Shown here: positions 1 through 12,000 of the stretch, in pieces
Layout: each line of letters begins with the position of its first letter
Position numbering within the stretch: the stretch's first letter is position 1
From: Phoronis australis
Lineage: Eukaryota; Animalia; Phoronida
NCBI GenBank assembly: GCA_002633005.1
Contig: NMRA01000001.1
Location: 2,835,695 to 2,899,694 of the forward strand
Reading direction: 5' to 3'
DNA length: 64,000 bases
Program-made: the position numbers and the translations under genes
Notes under the pieces: generated by a model
What the model saw: the letters and a program-made list of their open reading frames with translations, nothing else
Told to the model about the DNA's origin: nothing
The model's database searches: none

Positions 1-3000
1 GCTGCACCATGCTGATTCTGTTTGGAATTCACTGCTTCAAACACGACAACGACAGCGCGAGGGCGCTGCAGTGCGGCAACCAGATACACATGTCTCTCAG
101 GAACTTCGTCAATATCAAGTGAGCCCTGCTTTCAAACGTCAGGAGTCTTATACATCTTTGTGTGAGAATCGGGGATGCTGTATAAAACTGGTCTAAAGCT
201 AAAAGGGTGTAAAAGTGAAAAACTTATTTTTTGATTTGTGCAAATCGTGCAAAGGAAATGAGAATTTTTGTATAACTTTCACTGGATTTTTATGTAGTGT
301 TTTGGATTGTGTTGGCCATAAACGGTAAGCTGGACTTGCTCAAAATATGAAATTTACAAAATGTGTAAAAACTGATAGAGTTCACCTTATTGTGACATGG
401 TGAGAGGAGTTTCTCCAAAAAACGTGATATTCTCAAAATCTACTCGTGAGTGTTATTGGAGTTATTCTTCAAGAGGCTGTACCCCCATGCTATAAGTGAC
501 TGATTTTATTTGCTGGTCAGTATTTGTATTTATTAGCTTGCAAAATTTGCTTCACTTAGTTGAATGGAAACTTATCACAGTTTTATGTTTCATCATTTGC
601 TGACCTACCGCTCATTATGTTTCAGAACTGTGTCTGTAGGTGTCACTACAGGTCCAACATTCTGTGGTGTGGTCGGACATGAGCTGAGACATGAGTACTG
701 TGGTAGGTAGTTGCATGAAGGATTGACGTAAACACTAAAAAATTTGATAGCTCTTCAATTTTTCTGCCACTCTCATTTCCCCAGTTTCACATTTTTTCAT
801 CATTTGGTGATTTTTAACTGTTGCTCTGTGTTAATTGAAGAATTTTGAATTTATGTAGCCCTTCTGTGGTTAAAAATGGCATAAGAAAGTGTGGGGTCAC
901 TTAGAATTAACATCATAAAAATCTAATTATTTTGAGCAGGAAAATTTGGTTATTGAAAGATTTATTCTTGTTGAAGGCCTGACACTAAAGGACTGCACTT
1001 CAGTTTTTAGACTTGATTAAGCTTATGGTGTGAGCGTGTTCTTTGATGAACAGTGGCTGCTTCATCTTCTTGACGTTAGCACTCGATATCGCATTCATCA
1101 ACTTTACTTTGAGATGAATTGCTTTACAAAATAATGTGGCTTTTGTGAATGATAAAAAACTTGGCTTTCAGTCAGTGGGAGTTCTAGATTCTATAATTTT
1201 GTTAAAAAGTAACAAGCTCTTAGCCATAAAAAGTCGATTACTCCTCCAGTATTTTACTCCCTCCAACTTGTGTGCAGTTATTGGCCGTCGTGTTGGCATG
1301 GCTGCTCGCCTAATGATGTACTACCCAGGCCGAGTCACATGTGACAACGACACGTTTCTCCAGTCAAAGATATCGCGCCAGTATTTTCGAGAGATGGTGG
1401 AACGGCCGGTGAAGGGCCTGTCTAACTTGGGCACCATTCGAGAGTATTCGGAGGAGTTAAAGTACGCCTGTTGAGTTTAAGCTGTTGTCATTGTTGTTAT
1501 TTGTTGCCTAATGAAGGACCCGTTCTTTTGACTGGATGTGACGTTTTCTATGATATCACTGTGTTTGGTGTCACTTTGTTGTGTAGGTTTTTAAATTTCA
1601 GTCACATTTCAGTTGTGGAAGATTTTTTATGGATACTCGAAGTAAATCCGTGACCATCGTGTCAAAGGCATGTTGTCAGTCATTTTAATAATGCATTGCC
1701 ACAGTCATACTTAAGATTGACTTTGCACACACGGACCATTGAATTTTAAGCACCACAGAGGCAGAAATTGGTTTAGAACTGAAACAGTATTGTGTGCGGT
1801 CAAATAATACACTCATCCGTAGCCACCCAATGGTAGCGCTTTGCATATTTACCAAAGAAATGTCCTGCTTTTATATCTTTTTGTAGCATCTTTTGCACTC
1901 TGCTTTCCCCTAACTAACCTACTGGATGTTACTCAGTTTTTTGTCAGAAAGTGGACTGTTGAGGATTTCAGCATCATTCTGTGAACAAACATGATCACTA
2001 ACTTTGTGATCAGTTTATACTCAAGGTGCGTCTTGTACGTGTCTGCCACAGGGAGGCGTCGGTGCTGGATGTCCAGCAGTTCAGTAGCCCACTACTCGAC
2101 CGCGAGAAAGAGTTGGGAGTCTTCACTGAGGTTCTGAAGAACATCCAAGACTGTCCCAATGACCCCACTGGCCATAATCTGATTGTGTTTGAAAGTGAAA
2201 CTGGCATGGGCAAGTCGCACACCCTCGACAGTGTGATCTCATTGTCTGAGCACATGACTATTGAGTGAGTGACTTTATGATTAGAATTAATAACGGCAGC
2301 GCCAGTGTAGAAATCGTACTATGTGACTGTGATATTATTAGCTGTCATGGTAGTAGCGGACATGCTGGTTACAACATTCTGTTGTACGTGGAGCAGCATT
2401 GCAATTATTTGTATGGCGAATTGCTGATAGTAAACCATAAGGCGTAGATTCGAAAAATTGCATTTATTATTTTTACCTTCTAGTACTCCAAACATAAGCG
2501 CAGTCATACTTACAGGGATGTTGGCTGTATCTTCGGTTTTTTCATTGAGCCTCATTTTTTATTCAAATCTTGTTACAAACCATTTAACTGTGGACGTAAG
2601 ACATATTCATAAAAGTGCCCCCGACCTATGTTTGGCAGGAACATCACTAAGAGAAACAGTATTGGCATAGGTAGTAGTATCGAGAGCTGATTGATGGAAA
2701 TTTGAAGGCAAAGTTGCATGCCACTGATAGACATTTGACATTAAGGTCAAATATTTGCTAATCAGTCTAGCAACTGCTAACTATAAGAAAAGATATTAGT
2801 AAAACATTATCGCTCATTGTTGAATTGAAAGTCATTATTAACCTATTGTTCTAACACTTTAAGAGTAACCCTCTGTAGTGTGGTGTGTTATAATATTCGA
2901 TAATAAAATAGTTACCCATCAGTTATGATGTCATAAACTGTTAATCTCTCAGCACAAAGTGTCACCTATTTTGTTTACTGATGCAGTGAGCTCAGATGGC

Positions 3001-6000
3001 TTTATATTATGAATTACTACTAAAACTTGCGCTTCACAGCCCACCCGATTGAGTTGCGTGAAATGAAATTTTACAACGATGCAAACATCACGAAGCTGGT
3101 GTATAATTTCAGTTGCTATTCATGTGCGGTCACCATGAATGACTCTCTGACGGAGCTCTACGTGATTCGTACTCTCCTCATGCAGATTCTCAACATGGAC
3201 CCCATCTCTTCGCCGCTGGATCGCGAGAGCCTACTAGTGTCCACGTTCTTTCACCGGTTTCTCCGCGATAATTTCTTTGTCCTCAATGATGTGCTTAGTA
3301 CGCAGGTATGTTGTATGTTGCGTATTTTAGCACTCCGCTGTGTTGTATTGGTTACCCTGATGTAGGTGGTCATAGTTATGAGTAGCCACAACTAATCTAG
3401 TTAGTTTTAGGCTATGAATGATTTATTTTAATTTTGCCATATCGTTTTTAATGTCTAAATTCCCATTGTTTCTTTGTTGCTTATTTGGGATATCTCTGTA
3501 GAATACAAATTAAATTTTTTACCTTAGCTAGTACATTTATTTTATCTCACTAGGAATGAATAATGATTTAGTTGTATCCTAATATTTCTGCACTGAAGTA
3601 TCCTATTTGCATCTAACGGCTGTTCATTGGCCACTTGTCGTGAATTCATCGTGGTTTTAAGTACCATATAAATTGTATTTGCTCGTTTCATCTTCAGCTA
3701 AAGTTCCCTTGCAGTACAGCCTCCTTCTTAATAGAGCTTCAATGTAGCTGTCATCTTTGTGTCCTCTACCAAATGAATATCTTCACCACTTGTAGCCATC
3801 TCTCTAATATCCTCGCTTTACTCTGTCCGGTCCACATACTTTAGCAGTATTGTGATCTTACTTTTAAATATGTTATCCAGGATTTCCCTGAACTTTGACC
3901 TATTTACTCAGTTTTGCATTGGCTCACTGTCTTTGCTTGTTCTTGGTAGTTCCGCACACCTGAGCAGACGGCCCCACCTTCACTCGCAGACAAACGGACA
4001 ATGATTCAAAGAATGCTTTTGATGATGTTTGAACAGGTAATTTGCGTTATGTAGATCTCCAGTACTTCATTATTGTCCTAAGAAACAGCTTGCGGACATT
4101 CACATAGCTGTGTCCATAGAGATACGGAATGGATGTCCATGGAAAGAGATATCTTGTCACGAGCAATCGTTGATTATCATTTTGATTCAGGCTTCAACAA
4201 TCCGATTGTACAAAAGGGTGGAAACAATTCCACGTCCCTCCTTCTAAATTCCACCTACGGTTCCTTTAACTCCAGACCTGGACCAGCAAATTTCAAACCC
4301 CACAAAGGTGTACTGGCATTTTTCACATCCCTGAACAATGACTTGAAGCTCACTGTGCCATGCTATGTGAGATTGCATTTCTAGGCTTTTGGAAATTGGG
4401 GAATCGGTCTGAATTTGTGAACGTGAATTAAAATTAAGGTTGGGGTGACTGGGGAGGTGGGGAATCGGTGGTGACACAGGGAAAGTTGATGTCAACCATG
4501 GGAGGAACAGAAATCACCTTTGAAACTCAAAATATGCTGTTGTGATTTGTAAAATGAATAATTTTACTTACACGAGCTGTGATGCAACTTTTTACCCCCT
4601 CATTAGTGCTTTCTGCTAGTTCTGTGTTCATGTTATTACAAGCAATGTAAATAGTTGCAGTTATTAAAGGTAATTGTCAACCTTCGTGGAATTTTTTGAA
4701 AGTACAATATTCAAATATTTTAAAATTTAAAAATTGTATCAGTATTTTTCATGGCTATGGGTAATACATCGATTCTATACATAAATCATTCATGTGTCAA
4801 ATGTGAGGAGTATGGGTGGCTTTCGTTTGATTTCGCATTACACGAGAAATCTTTATTGTCTTTGGTCATATTTTTGGGGTTTGAAAACCAATATATTGAC
4901 TGAATGTGGAAGTCAATAATTATTTATAATATGATTACAGCTTTACTATCAATTATGGTAATTTGTGGAAGGAGGTTACCGGTATGTTTGGACTTTTGGT
5001 CGTATGTCGGTCATTCATTTTGTCCATTTTTTACCCAAAACTTTATGGAGAGATTTTGAAAAATACTTCCAGGAGATGATCGGAATGCGTACAGGAACAG
5101 TTAATGGTGAGAAAGACACCACGCTTTGGAGTCATGCAAGACAATGGACAAAAAACCATTTGGTTAATCAGAGTAATCGCAAGCTGCACGTCAGCACGCC
5201 CAGAGTGCTGCACAAATAAAAATCCGCACTAGTGTCGTAAGGTCATTGAACATTTCAGCCTTTGGAACAAACTTTGTACAACAGCATAACGGAGATATCT
5301 ACATTGCCTTGATGCATGTTTGCATTAACCTGGGGATTTATATTATGATTATTTATAAACAATTTGTGTCGTGAAAATCCAGATGACATGAAAAGGCCTA
5401 AAAATTTTTAATTGTGTTCTACAATGTTTTGGCACAGCAGGGTAGTAGTGATTTGTAAGCAAAAAGATCCTGAGATCGAATCGCGATGGGATTTGCATTA
5501 CTTCACATAAAAAATCTAAAGGGAATTAAAACTACGTTGCCATGACAGTGGTCAGTATGAAGGATGGTATATATTGATCCCGAAATAGGAGTTTATAACT
5601 TCATAATCTGTGCAATAAATATTATACAATTTTGCAAGCTTATTTTATGGTCTATTGCTGTGGAAACTGTTTCTCAGATTTTTGATTTTCCCTTAGAACA
5701 ACAGATTTCTGCCATCAAAAATGAAGATTGGGATTTTTATTTAAAAAAGAACGTAACTTTATGCCCGGTATCTCTGCTGATTGAGTGCAAACAGATAACC
5801 TGAGATACAATATCGTGTATTAATTTAAGCAAAAGTCCAAACAAGAAATCCCTTGCAGTTTAGGTTTTCATAAAGACTCATGCCAAAAACATGACAGCCA
5901 CTTCATCGTAATTTCATGAAATGTGAATTCAAAGGACTTCACGAACGTTGACAATTACTTTATCAACATGTTTTAACATGGCATAACGTCACATTAGTTC

Positions 6001-9000
6001 CTGCTCCCTTTAACGACATAATATTGATACCACCTGCAGTTGTGCAAGGACCGCGTCATCGTGCTGGTTGTGGACGATGGTCACTTCATAGATGATCACT
6101 CATGGCGGCTCATTAGTGAGCTGACCTCAACTGTTACGTCCATACTGTTTGTCACGGGTATCAAGCTCGACTCTCATGGGACGCCAGCTTCTTGCATCTC
6201 ACCCAGTGGTTCAAAGGTCAGTGGGATTCAGATCTGTAATTCATGCTTATTTCAAGCTACCGCTGTGCGACTGGTTTGTATTTTGAATTGTGCATTGGGC
6301 TAACGTCACAGTACAGAGGTCCCGAATTTGGAGAACCAGTTTTACCCTGTTATTCTGTGGAGAAAACTGGTTCTCAAAGTGTTGGACCCCTGTAGGTGAC
6401 TATTACCGTACATTGAAAGTGGTGGCATAAGCGTAAACTGTCTTACAGTACATGGCAGAAAAATCGGGCAATACTATGTTAACGTTGTCGTGACAGGTAA
6501 TGGCCTCCAACTACTGGTCGTTGCAGCTTCTATTATGTTGAAGTCCTGTTGTTCTGCACCTATAGTGGCTAGAAATGCTGGATCACTGAATCCGATCGTT
6601 TTTTTGGAGTGCATTGCATATTCAGAAAACTTTCTTCATAACAATAAGAGATTTAGACTAGATTTGTTAGCTGGCTGGTGAACATTTTTACAGCCGTGTC
6701 CTAAATGACCTTTGACCCTGCCACCGACAGGTCCTAAACCACCGGAAGACCCTTGTAATGAGACTTAACAGCCTGAACCCACAATTCCTGTCCCCGTTGG
6801 CTTGCCAGATCCTGGACGTCTGTGCTGTGCCCGTCGAAGTTGATGAGTGCGTATAGTTTTGCAATGATTCGTATTCATTGTAACGAATGAAAAACCGTTG
6901 AATTCAAAGTGTTGGTTTTGAATTAACACGTCTCACCTTGAAAAGGCCTTGAATTTTGGTATTTAGCCTTGAAAATATTTGAGGCATCTTAATTATAAGT
7001 AGATGTATGCTATTTTGATTTTAATTTATTGCTGCTGTAAAACATTTTTCCACAAACGGCAGATGTTTTTTTTGATAAATATTTTTGTTGTAAAATTAAC
7101 AAAAACCTATAACGTCTAGTTAAGGAAGAGGTTGGGATAAATATACACGAGGTTGTACTAATGACCTTCAGTTTTTGCATCGAGTTTGCCGTGAACTTCT
7201 GTCAAAAGTCTTTGAAAAGTCCTTGAATTCCTGGTCCGTTTTGCTACCGCTATCGATGTAAGTGAGTAGAGACTATACCTAATTGTCTGTTTTGTGATTT
7301 TCACGCTATTTAAACTTGTGCAACTTAGCCCACTTGTGACATCTTACTCCCCCTTATCGAGGTAGGGTAATTTGTTCTAGGGTAACTTGCGCCACTTCTA
7401 ATTCTTGTGTGACCGCAAAACTGAGGCAAGGCATAAGTAGTTATCAACTGCGGTTACTTACGGATGGGTTTTTTGTGTGTCGTATTAGTATTAGGTGGTC
7501 ATTCTCATGCATAGAGCTAAAACTTCCGCCTTACCCTAGTTATTGGATATGTGCGTGTGGACGCTCCACTTAAAGGTGCAATAAGTTACACTTAGTGCAA
7601 GTTGTTCTGGGGTAGACTGTGTGTGGACAGAATTTATGCAACAAGATAGGATAGTGTCTGTGTGTGAATACTGCTGCTGCTGGTGTTTCAGCATCCTAAA
7701 GAAGCGCAGTGAAGGCAAGCCAGTATTTGTGGAGACCATTCTAAAAAGTCTCTACACCAATGGGGATATCCAGATTATACCCAAGGCCCTTCTAGAACAG
7801 AACGATTTGATGCAAGAGTTTGAGTTTGTCATCCCCAATGGGGCTCTTCTGAAGAGACGAGCTAGTGTTCTGGTGAGATTGACTTGGAAATGTTTCACGC
7901 CTTAGATGAGAAAATGGGCAAATCGTTTTGTATGTCTTGTAATGGTGACTTGTTGAAAGAAATGTTATCATGGCAATGTTGACTGTGATGTGTGCCTTTG
8001 GCTTGTGATTGTTGAATAAAAATAACCCAAATTATCTTTTAAAAGCTATAATTGCCTTTGGAGAAGTGTTGTGACACAAAAGGATCTTGATACTTTATGA
8101 CAGGATGCTCAGATGGATGGAATTACTTGACTTTTTAAAGAAGTTCTTGAGAATGTCGCATTGTTCCTCAACAGTTTACAAATTAGACATTGTTTCGTTA
8201 GGAGATTATTAACTCAAGAGAATTCCTCATGTTTGCTTGAAGTTTCCCCGCAGAGGGCAGTGTGAGACAATGGGAAATATTGATGAGGAAGCTCAAGGTC
8301 TGGACCCCCGGCAGAAGATATGTGTGGTGACACCTGGTGTCAAGCTGATGAACACAGAAGTGCCAGATGTTATTAAAGGTAACCTGTTTCAGTTATTAGT
8401 TACTGATTACTGTGGAGATGTCATTTTGAAATGTCACGTATCTTAAAATGTGTAATTGACTATATACTCACTGCTTACTTACTATGGCGGCAAAAAAGTT
8501 CTCTTCAATTTGGGGCAAAATATGACAAGTGGAAATTATCATTATTATGTCAAATTTCGGAACAAATTTAGTTTTCACGAAACTTTAATATCATGTTAGC
8601 ACAGGTTGTACAGTCGTAACTGTTTCATAACAGTGTTTTTTTCGTAAATTTTCATGTCTATGGCAGTGTAATAAGCCTTTGAAGAATTAGAAAAATGGCA
8701 ATTTTAGCAATGATAAGTTTTTTGTCCCAAATATAAGAATCTTCACTTTGCTCGCCTGGAAGGTTGTAACTGGACATTCTGGACATTATCAATGGTGTGT
8801 ATTGACCTATGGTCATCTAGTAGCTTGTATTGCATAGACTTATAGTGCATGACAGTATAATTGCATTAACCTCTAGTCAGAGACTATGTCTTCGAAGTTC
8901 CTTGTGGGTGAATAGTATCGTCATCTCTGTCAGGCATCCGGCATTTGCTGTTGTTTCTCCTAAACGCCTTGCTTGATCTCATTGAAATTTGACGAGTTTC

Positions 9001-12000
9001 CGACTGGTCTAGCTACTACTGTGGCCCCTTGTGGCAGTTTTAGTTCGAGTTCCTTGTAGGATTTTCTTGAAATTCGGCAAATGGGTATTTATTAAAGAGA
9101 CAATTACATTATGCCATTCCATTTTCAAAGAAATTTGACATATTTTAGGCCACCCTGTGGCCATTTTTGTTATTTTTGTGTTTGTTTTTTGGCGTGTAAG
9201 TTCTGTAACTGCCAGACCACTCACTAAAAGGATCGTTATAAAAATTTTACTGGTGTGTTTCTGATGAGAAGATAATGACTGACGTTTATTTACGACAGGG
9301 CCAACTACTGTGCTGCCCCTAGTGGCGATTTTGTTTGTTTTACACTTGCGGCTGAATCTCCTTAAGCCTTTGAATGAGTTCTGTGAAATTGGCAAGATGT
9401 GCTCCTATGGAGACAATGACAAATGGTAACTAGTGTAAATTACTGTGATCCTAATAGCACTCTGCCCCCTAGTGGCAAAATGTCTTTTTACATTTTGTTT
9501 CTGTATGTTTGGAGTTCATCAATGTATTTTCATGAAATTCATCAGCAAATAGGTTTCTATTAAGGAGATGACAGTGCTTTCTCATTTTCAGACAGATATG
9601 ATGTTTTCTGCGCCACCCAGTGGCTATTTAAATATTTTTGGGTGCGCTTTTGATGTCCACCTCTCTATGTGCCAAACCACACAGAGGAGATGAAAATTGA
9701 CGGTTGTGTTCCTGATGCGAAGACCCTAGCTGACGTTGATTTTCGGATGGTTTCAACTACTCTGGTGGTCCCTAGTGACATTTTTTGTATTTGCAGCGGT
9801 ATCTCTTTAACCCTTTGAAGGATCTTTGCAAAATTTGGCGGTTGTGCTCCTAAAAGTATGGAGATGGCAAAAGATGACGATGAGTTTCAGATCAATCAGA
9901 CTATTGTTGTAACCCCTAGTATCAACTTTATTTTTCCGCTTACCTCTATATATTCGGAGATCTATGACTTGTTTTCATGAAATTTGACAAGCAGTTGTGT
10001 TAGAGAGATGACGCCACCTTCCCAGTTTGTACAGGTGTGACATATTCTGCGCCATCTAATGGGCATTTTTATCATACTAAAAACAGCCGTAGAAGCACAC
10101 TGTTTGCGGTGCTGTTGTGGACACATTTCAACGCTCTTGAGTTGCTCTTGTTTTGTAATTTGGCAAATAGGTCCCCATTGAGATGGCGACAATCCCTATA
10201 TGATTTTGGACAGATTTGACATATTTTATGCCTCCTTGTGGCCATTTTTATTATTTTTGGCATTCATTTCTCTATCCGTCAAACCATCCAAAGGATCATA
10301 GTAAAAGTGTGTTCCAGTTCAGAAGGCTGCAACTGGCGTTGATTTTCAGAAGAGTCTAATACTGTGGCAATCGCAATTTTCCCATCTGTGGCGAAATCTC
10401 CTTTGTTAAATTTGGCAAGTGTCTATACTCTTATGAATGTGGCAACAGTTCGCATTAATTTTTTAAGAGATCTATTAACTACTATAAGTGCCCTTAGTGG
10501 AAAATTTTATTTTTGTACATTTGCCTAAATCTGTCATAAAATGTGACAAAAGGAGACGACAATACCTTTCCATTTTCAAGTGAACGTGTCATATTCTGCA
10601 CTCCCAAGTTTCAATTTTTAGCGTCTACCTCTATCTCACAGTATCATGATCATAAAAATTGACAGATGTGTTTTACTGGTATGAGTTGGACTGGCGTTGA
10701 TTTCGGGATGTGTCTACTATTGTGGCTACCCCCAGTGGCCACTTAAAACACTGTTTGTGTGCAGTCGAGGACACATTTCAGCGCTTTGCATTGTTCTTGT
10801 CTGCAGGTGGTGTTTTGGTTCAACTGGAGGGACTGACCACGTCTGAACGGCATGTGCTGCGATGTGCGGCTGTAATCGGCGAAAATTTTTCACGTGAGAC
10901 ACTGCATGCCATCATGATTAACACAGATCTGACTGTTATCCAGTCGTCTCTGGACACTCTCTTTGACAAGGGGTTCCTTTTGTGTGACAGCATGTACAAA
11001 GCCATGAGAGACGGCTTGTGAGTTGTATATATTATAAGTAAAGCTCTCAAGTTTGTTTTCTGACATCAAATGAAACTTTCGCTTCATCCTTGACCTTGGG
11101 GACCCACATTAAGTTAAGTTGAGGTCAGTTTTCTTCCTCCAGTTGATGGCCGTGGGAGACTTACATGTAAAATTAACTCACGTGTTCAATATTATTCATG
11201 GTGCTGCCTCTTATTTTTTAAAATAATATTTAGCAAAACACGAGATGTACATTCTTATTGCACGCATAGAAACTCATTCCAAGTTCTTTGTAATTCCTCA
11301 TGTGAAATCTTTTGGGCACATTTCTTTGAGATATTCAGCTATTACCGTCGGGAATAGCTTATGCACTGATCTTGCCAGGGAACTTTTTAAAAACCTTAAT
11401 TAACTCCCTTTTCAAACAGTGTTTGTTTTGCCAATGCTGGTTATCTCTGCTACCATACTTTTACTTTCCACTGTACCTGTCAATGTACAAGACAAAAGTA
11501 ATGTGTCAAAACACCGTTTCGCTGTCCCGATGGATATCTTGGTTAACAGCAAAATGAGTGGTAATAATTATTATGCGGCAAAATTCTAATTACAGCGTGG
11601 CTTAGCCACCTTGCTAACTTTGCTGTTGCGAGGGAAAACCACTGACAAAATTTAACTTCTGCCCAGGTGTCATGACGCGGGAACTATAGGTTATTTTGTC
11701 TAAATATTTTTGGCTTGTTCTGTACTCTCTAGACCAGTTATATATAGGTTTTATTTTTTTATTTGCGTATGCATCATTTTCTACTTTTTTCGTTTTTTGT
11801 TCATGCCTGTCCAACTTAATTTTTTGCTTCTCATTACTCGTGTTTTGTTTGTTCTTGTCTGCCTTTATGTCTTTTTACGTTATTTGTATTATAAAGAACC
11901 ACCACGGAAATAAGTGTCTTACCTTTTGGTGTTGTCCTCAAAGGATAGTTTTCCTTCCTTTGCAGGGTTTTCGAAAATGTTGTCAGTGAATTTTGGACAA

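Noticed and set aside
8254-8260. Stronger-looking acceptor at 8251-8253
   Set aside because: Out of frame with the phase-0 upstream exon (AGG GCA GTG TGA); the AG at 8259-8260 was used instead.
9009-10263. ORFs with repeated KMAT(R)G peptides
   Set aside because: Translation by-products of the repeated CCACTAGGGGGC-like DNA motif, interrupted by stops.
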